Notes: generated by a model from the sequence alone, not told the origin. Shown: positions 28,308 through 37,824, counted from the stretch's first letter. The stretch: DNA of 64,000 bases from Symploca sp. SIO2E6 (GCA_010672425.1 JAAHGR010000028.1:3260-67259), one strand, 5' to 3'. Numbers and translations: made by a program.

Positions 28308-28886
28308 ATGGAAGATATGCTACTCGCTACGGCTTTGTTTATTGTTTATTTTTGCTTTACTTGCTGTTTGCTCAACCCGCCAAAAGCAACGGCAACAACC
28401 GCAACAGTGCCAACAACTTCTCAACCCAAAGCAGAAGAAGTTGTTGACGCACCACAGGTTCCACAACAAGAGGAGGTTTCCAAGGAGGCAATTGCCATTG
28501 ATGGCAACGATTGGACTGAGCAGGAACGAGCAATAATTGCTGAGAGTCCTGCCATTCTTGCTGACTTGCACTATTGCTTAAACAGCACTTACTTTGATGG
28601 TTTATGGACTGAGAACAATATGGAGTTCCTTAAGTCTTTGTTGCCTCCCGTAACGCCAGAAGAGCCAACCGCCCATGACTTGTTAGACGGCATTGAAGTA
28701 GAGCAAATTACGCTTCGGCAAGCTCGGAAAATTGCTAAACGTCTGAACATCAAACAGACTGTTACCAATCATGGCAAGAAGAAAGATAAGCCGCTTGACT
28801 GGCTGAAACGCGAGATTCGGCAGCGCTTGGAGAAAAGTCCTAAAGCTGTCGCACCTGTAATTCATGAAGTGTTGAGTGCAGCTTAA
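28308..28886 (+). CDS. Hypothetical membrane-anchored protein
   Basis: N-terminal hydrophobic segment LLATALFIVYFCFTCCLL. Basic C-terminal helix. Confidence 0.5.
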   Translation: MEDMLLATALFIVYFCFTCCLLNPPKATATTATVPTTSQPKAEEVVDAPQVPQQEEVSKEAIAIDGNDWTEQERAIIAESPAILADLHYCLNSTYFDGLWTENNMEFLKSLLPPVTPEEPTAHDLLDGIEVEQITLRQARKIAKRLNIKQTVTNHGKKKDKPLDWLKREIRQRLEKSPKAVAPVIHEVLSAA

Positions 28887-28896
28887 GGAGGAAGTT

Positions 28897-29004
28897 ATGA
28901 CACTCAACAAATCAGCATTGCAGTTTTTAGGTGCGACACTGCTCTGGACAACGGCACTTTTGCTAGCTCCCGTATGGATAGAACTCATTAGCCGTCTACC
29001 GTAG
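28897..29004 (+). CDS. 35-aa hydrophobic peptide
   Basis: Strong AAGGAGG Shine-Dalgarno 6 nt before the ATG. MTLNKSALQFLGATLLWTTALLLAPVWIELISRLP. Below the ORF-track length cutoff. Confidence 0.4.
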   Translation: MTLNKSALQFLGATLLWTTALLLAPVWIELISRLP

Positions 29005-29190
29005 TGTTCCACAAAGGTTTAAGCCCCTTGGCTTGAACCTCAGATCCCGCCAGATGTGAGGTTCAAGCCGCCCAAAGGTTTTTCATCTACCACCATTTCA
29101 AAGGGTAAGGCAGTGCCGCAAGACTGCCCATCTCAAGCACTGCCTTACCCCCCAAAACAGGACAAATCGATCTCACTTGGAGAACTATTT

Positions 29191-30957
29191 ATGAATATTT
29201 TCGCACAAGAATTAACCCAACAAGACACCCTTATTGAATCTTTGCTGGCACAACTGGGAAAAGCCAAGGCAAGGAAAGAAAGCCTAGAGCAGAGCCAAGC
29301 AACGTGTCAGACGGCAATAGAGAGCGTTGAGACTGCTATCAAAGAGATTAAGAGCCACGGCATTGTTGAAGCCCTAACCCTCTTTAGAGCCTCCCTGGAG
29401 CAGCTTTTTGAGAGCAATGGCGACAGTGGCAATAGTGGAGGCAACGATCCCCCATCGCCTGATAGCCCAGATGATAATGGCACTGGTGCTGAAGTTCAGA
29501 ATACTCATGATGCCTCTCAGGAGTCCCCTACTCCTCAAGCACATGACCGCAACGGGCATGAGATCACAAACGGAGACCGAGTAAAGATTGTTGGTGGCAG
29601 TAGCATTTACTACGGGGATATTGGCACAGCCACAGTAATTGGACAAAACTACCTTGCAGTTGATATTGATACCCCTGCTTCACCTGATTGTGACAGCACA
29701 GGTATTGCCTATCCTGACTCTTTTAATGTTGTGAAAGTTGCACCATTGCCAGAAGGTGAGCTTGGGCAGGCATTCCCTAAACCTGTAGCTACAATTGCCG
29801 ACCCAGAGACGGGAGCGCAGTACACCATCAGTGCAGTCAAGGATAATGAAACTGGTGAACTGCAATATTCAGCTACTCATGTTGTGCCAGCCACTACAAA
29901 CAACAACGGTGACACTGCTGTTGAGAAGGAAGCCAGCCCCTCAGTGGTGGAAGCACAGCCCACTGACAATGAAGATAACACCGAACATTCAGATATTGTG
30001 CATCTGGGAGAGCGGGTAATTTACCTGCACAATGTAGGCGAATACGCTATGAGTGCCTGGTTTGGCTTTGATTTGGTCAAAGATGCCAAAGCCTTCATCA
30101 AAGACGCCAAAGTCGCCTTCTATAACATCTCAAAAGCCGAGCTACAGCGCACTTCAACTCGCACTGGCTGCAAAGTAGAAGTAGTTCTTGAAGGTGATTT
30201 AGAGATATCCCGCATCTCAGGAGCAGCCAAGAAACTATTTGGCTGGCAACCACCTCAAGATCCGCCCAAGCTAGAGACAAAGCTGGATGTCGAAGAGTTC
30301 AGCATTACGGTAGATGGAAGTACCATCAACGTGGAATACAGTTCCCACTACAATCACCTGTCATTTATAAGCCCCTATTATCCACTCGAACCAATTCCGG
30401 TAAGTGAAACGGGATATCTGCTACATTGTTGCACCCACAAAGACATCGAAGCGGTTGGTACACCACAGGATTATGCCATAGCCTACTGCCATGCTGCTCT
30501 GCGGTACAATCCAGGGAAACAGCCATCATTGAAGCAGATAGTTGCTGTGGCTCAAGAACTGTCATTGCCACATGAGCCAACTCAGGAAACCACCTCGGCA
30601 CAGCAACTTTATTCAGACCAGGATAGAGCATTGTTTAGCCCACTGTTTCAACGCTATCTGGCAACCAAAGATGCCAACCCTGGCAAGATTGTTCTGTTTC
30701 ACGTTGGGGATTTTTATGAAACCTTCTTCCAGGATGCAGAAATCATCTCAGAAGCACTTGAGTTAGTTATTACCTCCAAAAATTCAGGCAATCCCCAGGC
30801 TGGACGGATACCGATGGCTGGTTTTCCAGATCATACCTTGCAACGCTATTGCGCTCTGCTTGAGGAGAAGGGCTACAACATATTGGTAATAGAGAAAGAA
30901 ACGCCCCAAAAGCTCATGCCCCAAGAGGAAGAAGAACAACTGGCATTGGTTCTTTAG
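29191..30957 (+). CDS. Protein with a C-terminal MutS domain I (mismatch-recognition domain) only
   Basis: FSPLFQRYLATKDANPGKIVLFHVGDFYETFFQDAE...IPMAGFPDHTLQRYCALL aligns by eye with the E. coli MutS N-terminus, including the GDFYE motif. GGAGA Shine-Dalgarno before the ATG at 29191. Confidence 0.7.
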   Translation: MNIFAQELTQQDTLIESLLAQLGKAKARKESLEQSQATCQTAIESVETAIKEIKSHGIVEALTLFRASLEQLFESNGDSGNSGGNDPPSPDSPDDNGTGAEVQNTHDASQESPTPQAHDRNGHEITNGDRVKIVGGSSIYYGDIGTATVIGQNYLAVDIDTPASPDCDSTGIAYPDSFNVVKVAPLPEGELGQAFPKPVATIADPETGAQYTISAVKDNETGELQYSATHVVPATTNNNGDTAVEKEASPSVVEAQPTDNEDNTEHSDIVHLGERVIYLHNVGEYAMSAWFGFDLVKDAKAFIKDAKVAFYNISKAELQRTSTRTGCKVEVVLEGDLEISRISGAAKKLFGWQPPQDPPKLETKLDVEEFSITVDGSTINVEYSSHYNHLSFISPYYPLEPIPVSETGYLLHCCTHKDIEAVGTPQDYAIAYCHAALRYNPGKQPSLKQIVAVAQELSLPHEPTQETTSAQQLYSDQDRALFSPLFQRYLATKDANPGKIVLFHVGDFYETFFQDAEIISEALELVITSKNSGNPQAGRIPMAGFPDHTLQRYCALLEEKGYNILVIEKETPQKLMPQEEEEQLALVL

Positions 30958-31090
30958 CCAAACACCCCTCCTTGGACTATCCCTCATGATGCCATTCATA
31001 GCCTGGTGTCACCCCGTAAGCCAGCACCAGGCTGTAAATCATTCATGAACGCACCCACGCTTCAAGTATTGCCGATATTTCTTACCCCTC

Positions 31091-32059
31091 ATGTTTTTCC
31101 ATACAGAACTCATCTTTGATGAGACTCCTCCCGTCATCGATGCTATCCTAAAACGCCCAGATGCCATGCTGGTTATCAATTTAAGCGGTGGCAAGGACAG
31201 CTACGCCATGCTTCGCTACCTTGTAAGACTTCACGCCCAACGAGGCTACCAGGCACAGATTGTAGCAGTTCATGCCAACCTGGGACTGGCTGAATGGGAG
31301 GGAACCGAGGCAATTATTCATGCCCAATGCAGTGATGTTGGTATCCCACTCACCGTTGTCAGACGCAGCCGAGGTGGGCTGGTAAAACGGTTTTGGCAAC
31401 GGTGGCAAGCACTTCAAGCGGAAGGCAAAGATGTCCCACCGTTTAGCGACTCGAAAAATCGCTTTTGTACTTCGGATACTAAAGTGCAGCCAATAGACAA
31501 ATTTATTCGCACTTTTTCAAGTCGTATTGTTGTTAATGCAATGGGATTACGAGCGGAGGAAAGCACAAAACGAGCTAAAAAACCTGTATGCGCTGTCCGC
31601 CCTAGTATAACAACTAAACCACTCAAGAAATTGTCCCCAGAAGAGGCTTGGGAGCGATGGGAGGATGGCAGGTTGGCGATTGACTGGCTACCGATTCATC
31701 ATTTCCCGTTGGAGAGAGTCTGGCAGGAAGCTGGCAGCAGTGGCAAAGATTTAGAACGGAGACAACGGCTTTTTAACAAGGGAAAGATCACAGAAGCCTT
31801 GAGAGGCTGGCGAAACCACTATGCCTATGTGCTTGGCAACCAGAGGCTCTCCTGTGCGCTGTGCGTCTTTGCTGGAGCTAAAGAGCTAGCCCGTGGAGCC
31901 AGTTATCACCCGTTATTGTATGCCAATTACCGAAAACTTGAGGAGATAAGTGGCTACCACTTCAAAAAAGACCTTTCTCTACAAGATATTCCACTGTTTA
32001 CTCCCACAATTTCAGCACAGACACTTGCTTCAAAACTTTTGGAAGTTAGACACGGATAA
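31091..32059 (+). CDS. PAPS-reductase-family PP-loop ATP pyrophosphatase
   Basis: PP-loop NLSGGKDS. Later MGLRAEES and a C-terminal CALCVF cysteine pair. Confidence 0.7.
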   Translation: MFFHTELIFDETPPVIDAILKRPDAMLVINLSGGKDSYAMLRYLVRLHAQRGYQAQIVAVHANLGLAEWEGTEAIIHAQCSDVGIPLTVVRRSRGGLVKRFWQRWQALQAEGKDVPPFSDSKNRFCTSDTKVQPIDKFIRTFSSRIVVNAMGLRAEESTKRAKKPVCAVRPSITTKPLKKLSPEEAWERWEDGRLAIDWLPIHHFPLERVWQEAGSSGKDLERRQRLFNKGKITEALRGWRNHYAYVLGNQRLSCALCVFAGAKELARGASYHPLLYANYRKLEEISGYHFKKDLSLQDIPLFTPTISAQTLASKLLEVRHG

Positions 32060-32063
32060 CACC

Positions 32064-32735
32064 ATGCAACTGTCAATCTTTAAGCGTTCACTGAAATCAC
32101 TCTCAGAAGGCGCATACCACATTCCTGACTTTTTATCGCCTGAAGAACAGCAACACCTTCTGTCTACCTGCCGAAAATCGCTTCTTTCACTTCGTATGAA
32201 AGGCTTTGACTTGGAACACCCTAAGACTCACTTTGGGGAGATGAAGGTAGGTGTTGCCTCACTCGGACATTGGTGGAGACTTTATCAGCATTATCTCCCA
32301 CCGCGTGTGCCAGTGCCAGAGCTTATCTACGAGTTTTGCCAACGGGCAATAGCAGAAGTAGGGCTTGTGACCTTTGCAGGGATTGAAACGGTCTCAGCCA
32401 TCTTGCAGCATTATGACCCCTACAAAGTACCAGGAGTGAAATTAGGTCTTCATCGGGATGACAGCGAGGATACGTCACTCTTTGGAGCCGATGCCCCACC
32501 AGTCGTGTCTTTTTCCCTTGGCTGTGATGCCGTTTTTCTGTGGGGCGGAGCTGAGTATACCTCCCCAAAAGAAAAAGTAATTCTTCTTTCAGGAGATGTG
32601 GTGTTGTTCGGCGGACACTCAAGACTTTTTTATCACGGCATCAATAAAGTGCTGCCTGACACAGAGCCTACGTTCCTGAAAACACGAGGGAGACTTAACA
32701 TCACAGTGCGCCAAGCGGTACGAGCTGTGCAGTAA
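32064..32735 (+). CDS. alkB: AlkB-type Fe(II)/2-oxoglutarate dioxygenase
   Basis: HRD...H...RLNITVRQ catalytic pattern. ATG at 32064 lies 5 nt after the upstream stop. Confidence 0.8.
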   Translation: MQLSIFKRSLKSLSEGAYHIPDFLSPEEQQHLLSTCRKSLLSLRMKGFDLEHPKTHFGEMKVGVASLGHWWRLYQHYLPPRVPVPELIYEFCQRAIAEVGLVTFAGIETVSAILQHYDPYKVPGVKLGLHRDDSEDTSLFGADAPPVVSFSLGCDAVFLWGGAEYTSPKEKVILLSGDVVLFGGHSRLFYHGINKVLPDTEPTFLKTRGRLNITVRQAVRAVQ

Positions 32736-32756
32736 TAGCCTGTTACCTGTACTCCA

Positions 32757-32791
32757 CTGTTACAAAATGTACTATACTATGGTACATCTTG
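32757..32791. repeat. Degenerate copy of the 41-bp palindromic site
   Basis: ctgttacaaaatgtac tatactatg gtacatcttg; compare 33896-33936. Confidence 0.6.
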
Positions 32792-32989
32792 CCTTGTCCT
32801 TGAGAACTCATTCTTTTGTTTTACCGGAGCCTCTACCTTGGGCTGATGATCCGCCCAATTTTCTCTCATTTAACATCGGTCACTATGTACTCGCGGCAGT
32901 ACTGTACAGGTGTAAGCTACCATGTACTAAGAAAGAAAGCGGGGCAGACACCCCGCAAACCAATAAACATATTCACCCCTAAAAGTATC

Positions 32990-33877
32990 ATGACAGCATC
33001 CAAGTACGAGGAAGTTGTTGCTGCATACCGCCAACTAACTGAAGCTGGTGAGACGCCTTCCCAAGACAAAATCAAGGCTATCATTCTTGACAGAACCAAC
33101 GTCAAAATGAGCAACACTACGGTCTCCAAACATTTGCGGACGTTAAGGGCATCAGACCCAGATGAGTTTCTCAAGGGTACTCAATCAGAAGACAACGAAC
33201 CAATTCCCGCAGATCACCAGCCTTTGATGCAAAAGGTCTACCACAGCATCAGGAGAGCCACTGAGCTTACCTACAGCAATGACAAAATGGAAAAGCTTGA
33301 GGCAGAGATCGAAGTGTTGCAAGAGAAGCTTGCTGATGCCAAAGCCACCAAACAAAAGCTAGAAGGAATGGAGGCAGTCCACAATCAGCTCTTAGATCGG
33401 ATGCAAGACCTCATGAGAGAAAATGAGCGGTTATCTCAGGGCATCTCCCCTGAGCAAGCACCACTGGTTGAACAGCTTGAGAGTCAGTTAAAAGAAGCCA
33501 CAGGCAAAAATGAACCACTGGTGCAGAAGGTGGAATCACTCCGGCAGCAGTTATCAGAAGCTCAGGATGAGATTGCCATCCTTGCCAATCGAAGCGAAGA
33601 GCTAGATGAGACGCGATTAGAGCAGGAGTCCACAATTCACAACCTAAAAATCCAAAACGGGGAAATTGAACGGCTAAAGGCGCAGATAGAAGAACACAAA
33701 GACACCATTGAAAAACTCACTCAGAAGATTGGCGCAAACAATGACCAAATGACCTCCATTGCCGGTGAGGTTTACTACATCTCACCTGATGTTGCCCAAG
33801 CTCTCGAAACCGAACGTCAACAGCACCAAGCTGAGATTGAACAGCTCAAAAATCAAACAACCTCGGTAGGAGCATAG
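32990..33877 (+). CDS. Second KfrA-like DNA-binding coiled-coil protein
   Basis: YEEVVAAYRQLTEAGETPSQDKIKAIILDRTNVKMSNTTVSKHLRTL followed by a long coiled coil. Start taken at the ATG at 32990. Confidence 0.5.
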   Translation: MTASKYEEVVAAYRQLTEAGETPSQDKIKAIILDRTNVKMSNTTVSKHLRTLRASDPDEFLKGTQSEDNEPIPADHQPLMQKVYHSIRRATELTYSNDKMEKLEAEIEVLQEKLADAKATKQKLEGMEAVHNQLLDRMQDLMRENERLSQGISPEQAPLVEQLESQLKEATGKNEPLVQKVESLRQQLSEAQDEIAILANRSEELDETRLEQESTIHNLKIQNGEIERLKAQIEEHKDTIEKLTQKIGANNDQMTSIAGEVYYISPDVAQALETERQQHQAEIEQLKNQTTSVGA

Positions 33878-33895
33878 ACTACTTGCCAGTGTGTA

Positions 33896-33936
33896 CTGTT
33901 ACAAGATGTACTGTACTACGGTACATCTTGTAACAG
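33896..33936. repeat. Perfect 16-bp-arm palindrome with a 9-nt spacer
   Basis: ctgttacaagatgtac tgtactacg gtacatcttgtaacag, 4 nt from the recombinase stop codon. Confidence 0.85.
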
Positions 33937-33940
33937 TCCT

Positions 33941-34600
33941 TTATTCATCTACCACCTCTGTCTCTCTCTCTGCTTTTACTGGCTTGTTCTGTGTTACGTC
34001 AATATTTGTTAATTTATTGACATACGATATCTGAGAAAGGCTTGAGATTGCCCCCTTGACCTGCTCGTCGCTTACCGCCAAATATTCTTCCAGTGTAGCA
34101 AGAGATCGATGTCCACTTACCCGCTGGATAATTCTTAAAGGGACACGGCTGTTATGCATGGTGGTAAGTGCTGTACGGCGAAGGGAATGGGTTGAGGCTC
34201 CCTCAATCCCAATATCTTCAAGGGCAAGTCGTAAGATTCTTGAGGCTGACATAGGGTTAATATGCTTTTTGCCATGCCTTCCTGGAAACAGCCAATACTG
34301 GTGAAGCGGTGGACTGTACTCAGTAAGAAGAGCTTGCAAGTCTTCACCTACGGGAATGCAGCGGGTGTCAAGTTTTCCCTTGGTGTTTTTTTTACGGATA
34401 ATAAGCTCTGGTCTCACTTGCCGCTTTTTATCAAAAACGTCAACTCGCCGAAGCGTACACGCCTCGTTAATTCGAGCGGCTGTGTAAAGGCAGACTCCAA
34501 AGAGGCAGCGATCGCGAAGAGTTTGTAGTCCTTCACTGAACAAAAGCTGAATCTCTTCTACCGTTAAGACTTTACCTTTTCCGTGACGGTCGATTTTCAC
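33941..34600 (-). CDS. Short tyrosine recombinase (catalytic domain only, 219 aa)
   Basis: ARINEACTLRR, HSLRRTALT and GHRSLATLEEYL motifs. No N-terminal core-binding domain. Confidence 0.8.
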   Translation of the reverse strand: MKIDRHGKGKVLTVEEIQLLFSEGLQTLRDRCLFGVCLYTAARINEACTLRRVDVFDKKRQVRPELIIRKKNTKGKLDTRCIPVGEDLQALLTEYSPPLHQYWLFPGRHGKKHINPMSASRILRLALEDIGIEGASTHSLRRTALTTMHNSRVPLRIIQRVSGHRSLATLEEYLAVSDEQVKGAISSLSQISYVNKLTNIDVTQNKPVKAERETEVVDE

Positions 34601-34804
34601 CCTTTGATGCCACCTGTTATCTTTTTGGCAATCTTAAATTGTACCGCAAAAGAAAATCCCCTGCCTCGTGCAAAAGCAAGGGAGATGTATGGTGCTTTAG
34701 TAGTAGAGTTAAACTGTTATGCTTTCTCCATCTTCGGGTAGTTGACAGAACTCAGGGGAGATTTTAAGAATGTCTATTCTGCTGCTGTCGATTCATAGTA
34801 ACTT

Positions 34805-34966
34805 TTAGTACGTGTCAATTCGTGACCAGCCAGTAAAATCCATGATGTGGAAGAAGAAATCGTCCCATTCACCCGTGGCAATAGCTTGAACAGCCAGTGT
34901 TTCTAGTTGCTTTAGCCACTCCTCGTGTTGCTGACGGATAATATTTAGGTTCTGTTTCTGATTCAT
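34805..34966 (-). CDS. Hypothetical small protein
   Basis: AAGGAG Shine-Dalgarno before the ATG at 34966. 53 aa. Confidence 0.4.
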   Translation of the reverse strand: MNQKQNLNIIRQQHEEWLKQLETLAVQAIATGEWDDFFFHIMDFTGWSRIDTY

Positions 34967-35013
34967 GATGCTCCTTTGAGAAAATTTGGGTTGATGCATA
35001 CAGGATGGTTGTT

Positions 35014-35895
35014 CTAACGCCAGTACGGGGCTTCGGAGCATTGCTCTTTTATAAGCTTGAGTGCGACTGAAATAAGGTGGTCTTTTAAGACCACCTTGGT
35101 TTGGGGATATAAGACCAGTCCGGTGATTAGTCCTTCACACCAGTCTTTGGAACTGCCATCGGGAACCCAGGCTCTGACAATGCGCCGCAGGGCTGCTATT
35201 TCTTCGTCTGTCGGTTCAGGAGTTGGTGGTAACAGGGCTAAAGCTGAACGCTCATGTTTCACCGTCTCAAAAGGCAGTGATTCATCCTCATCTTCGTCAT
35301 AATCTTCATTGCGCTGACGGGCTTTTTCTGTCAGAAATTTGATGCCGTAATTGAGCCACAAATGTTTTTTGCTATCTAGCCCTCTTTGTTCCCAAGGGAT
35401 TGTAGCAGCCAGTTCTGTTAGTTCCTCAGCGGGATTATCACAGTAAAGCACATCCAACTCCTGTTCATACCAGTGGAGGAATGCTTCATCCATCTTGCGC
35501 AGGACTTGACGCTCATCAAGACGCGCTGTATCAGCTTTGAGGCTTTCTGTATCCAGTCCGCCTACGCCCAATTCTTCCAGTCCGTCTGCCCAGGCTTGCC
35601 AGTTAATCAGCCCTGGATTGAGTTTGATGGGTTCACTCAGCTCAACCCAGGCAAGTTCCAGTTTGAGAAAATCAGGGTGAGTGCTGGACAGGAGTGCGTT
35701 TCCTTGTTTGGCAATTGAATTATAAGCATCTTCTTTATCAGACACCCATTTGCCAAAGCCACCAATCAAAGCGTCGTTATAAGCAGCTATGGCTTCATTG
35801 AGCCGTTCTTCAGCTTTTTTCAAACGGGCAACCAGGTCGCGGGCTTGTTGAGCTTGTTCTGTAGTCAGTTTGGTCATTGTGCCTTTCTCTTTCAA
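35014..35895 (-). CDS. Hypothetical acidic protein (293 aa)
   Basis: Long ORF in the operon. No motif recognised. Confidence 0.55.
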   Translation of the reverse strand: MKEKGTMTKLTTEQAQQARDLVARLKKAEERLNEAIAAYNDALIGGFGKWVSDKEDAYNSIAKQGNALLSSTHPDFLKLELAWVELSEPIKLNPGLINWQAWADGLEELGVGGLDTESLKADTARLDERQVLRKMDEAFLHWYEQELDVLYCDNPAEELTELAATIPWEQRGLDSKKHLWLNYGIKFLTEKARQRNEDYDEDEDESLPFETVKHERSALALLPPTPEPTDEEIAALRRIVRAWVPDGSSKDWCEGLITGLVLYPQTKVVLKDHLISVALKLIKEQCSEAPYWR

Positions 35896-35903
35896 GTAGC
35901 TGT

Positions 35904-36089
35904 TTAGTTTTGGTGGGACTTTTGGCTGTTAAGTGCTGCTTGGTTTATCTGTAGCTGTGTGGTCTGATTCAAGACAATCGCTTCGGGCAGGGACAGGTCA
36001 TCCAGCTTCTCCATAAGCTCCAAATAGTCACAGCCAAAGCGTTCAGCCAGCTTTTGACAAGCAGCCGTGGTTTCTTTAGGGGTAAGCAT
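35904..36089 (-). CDS. Hypothetical small protein
   Basis: 61-aa ORF packed between operon genes. Confidence 0.4.
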   Translation of the reverse strand: MLTPKETTAACQKLAERFGCDYLELMEKLDDLSLPEAIVLNQTTQLQINQAALNSQKSHQN

Positions 36090-36132
36090 TTTCGTTCCTC
36101 CTTACAGATTCATCAATGTGTGAGCTGTTTCA

Positions 36133-37824
36133 TCAGGCGATACCCGCATCGTGGAGTATCTGCTCCAGCCTTTTTTTTGCAGCCTGGTAGCCTTTGGAGC
36201 CACCTTTTTTGGTTCCCCAGAGTTTGAAAATGATGTCATCTTTAGGCATTCCTGAACGCCTGAACTCAATGGCAAAACCTTTCTCTTCTGCGGTGATTTC
36301 CAGGCTGAACGGATCAAAAGGTTCAGCAGGTTCAAGAGGTTCAGGATTGCTGAACGCTTTATCCAGTAAGACGTTCAGCGTTTGAACTTCTTCTGGTTCA
36401 GGCGGGTTCACTGAACGTTCAGCAGGTTCAGTCGAACCTTTTTTGAACCCCACAAGGTTCAGCAAAAAATCTTCTGTCATCCATTCAGGAATCTTGCCTT
36501 CTGCCCTGCTGCCATCAAGTTCTTTGACTTTGAATTTGCCTGTACCTTTGATAGTTTCGAGTCCATCCTCGTCAATGGTTTTCTCACCTATGGTCTCAAC
36601 TCTGACTGTGCCGCTAAGGAATACCTTGACCAGCCCTTTGCTGCCAGGAAGAAAGGCTTGGGTCTCCCCGTGGACGATAAAGAGGGGATATTCGCCAAAT
36701 TTCATGGTCTCCCGCAGGGTAGAAGTTAAGACTTTGGTTAAATCTTCTGCTTCTACCACCTGATCCATTAGTCCAAACTCATCCCAGATGGTGGTAATTG
36801 AGCTAACTGTGCCGTCTTTGACCCGTTCGGCTAGCCCGTACCACTGTGTTCTGATAGCCGGATAGTCGCGCTTGCCGTTTTTGATACCGACAATCTGAAA
36901 CACATCAGGATAAGCATTTGTAGGTTCATAATGTGGGGTGCTGGCAATGACCTGATGGTCTGGCAGCAGTACCATTCTGAGTAGTGCGAGTTTCTTTGCC
37001 AGTGTGGTTTTGCCTGAGCGCTGTACCCCAACACAGCGGATTGGGTGAGACTTCACCAGACTTAACAGAGCTGGACATTCCTGGCGCAGGGCTTTGAGCA
37101 GCTCCTCCTTTGAACTTGGGGAACCAGTTATCTTATCTGTGGGGTTAGTAATTTCATCAACTGTCCCAGGATTGCCATGCGGCAGGGCTGCGGCTGTTGA
37201 GCCAGTGGCTTCTTTGATAGCTTGCTCTGCTGCTTGTTGAGCTTCAAGCCTTGCCTGTTCCTGGTAAAGTGCGATTTCTTCTGGAGAAAGCATGGATAAC
37301 TGCTTTGCTCTTGCTGCCCTGTCAGCACTAAACTGCCACAGCTCCCAATCAAGGTTGGCTGCGTATTCTACCTTACGGGCTTGATTAATCGCATTGATTT
37401 TACCGAGTAACCAACTCTGTTTAACCTCCTGGCGGTATTGAGGCATGAACTCCAGCAGTTTCCTGACTCTGGCTTGATTAAGCAGGTAAGCCAGTCCAAA
37501 CGCTGAAGCACTGATAAAGCCCCAAAGCGGCTTGTAGGGGTTGGTGGGCTTGATGATTCTAAGGGCTTTGGCTTTCTTGGGAATTTGGCTCTTGGGGTTG
37601 GAAGCTGGTGCGTTAACCAGTTTTTTAAATTCATGGGCTGGCATAATGTAGCGCTTGTCTGAAGTACAGAACTGCGGGTCATCAGACGGCTTAAAGCAAT
37701 ACTCAATGAGCATTGTCTGTCTGCCATAAAGCGCTCCGCCTAATGTGAGAATACCGATAGTCCCCAAAACGAGTACAGCACCAGTATTCCAGCGTTCCTG
37801 TTTGCGGAATTTATCAAGACTCAT
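36133..37824 (-). CDS. Membrane-anchored P-loop NTPase (FtsK/HerA/coupling-protein-like topology)
   Basis: Two N-terminal TMs (GAVLVLGTIGILTLGGALY; LWGFISASAFGLAYLL), Walker A GVQRSGKT, Walker B TTIWDEFG. Confidence 0.6.
   Translation of the reverse strand: MSLDKFRKQERWNTGAVLVLGTIGILTLGGALYGRQTMLIEYCFKPSDDPQFCTSDKRYIMPAHEFKKLVNAPASNPKSQIPKKAKALRIIKPTNPYKPLWGFISASAFGLAYLLNQARVRKLLEFMPQYRQEVKQSWLLGKINAINQARKVEYAANLDWELWQFSADRAARAKQLSMLSPEEIALYQEQARLEAQQAAEQAIKEATGSTAAALPHGNPGTVDEITNPTDKITGSPSSKEELLKALRQECPALLSLVKSHPIRCVGVQRSGKTTLAKKLALLRMVLLPDHQVIASTPHYEPTNAYPDVFQIVGIKNGKRDYPAIRTQWYGLAERVKDGTVSSITTIWDEFGLMDQVVEAEDLTKVLTSTLRETMKFGEYPLFIVHGETQAFLPGSKGLVKVFLSGTVRVETIGEKTIDEDGLETIKGTGKFKVKELDGSRAEGKIPEWMTEDFLLNLVGFKKGSTEPAERSVNPPEPEEVQTLNVLLDKAFSNPEPLEPAEPFDPFSLEITAEEKGFAIEFRRSGMPKDDIIFKLWGTKKGGSKGYQAAKKRLEQILHDAGIA

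Noticed and set aside
30695-30704. tgtttcacgt, half of the canonical chromosomal parS
   Set aside because: Only a half-site is present, inside the MutS_I coding region. The 24-bp palindrome at parA is a far better centromere candidate.
31950-32063. Upstream extension of the alkB ORF (start at 31950)
   Set aside because: The extension overlaps the 3-prime end of the PP-loop gene in another frame. The ATG at 32064, just after that gene's stop, gives a normal AlkB N-terminus.
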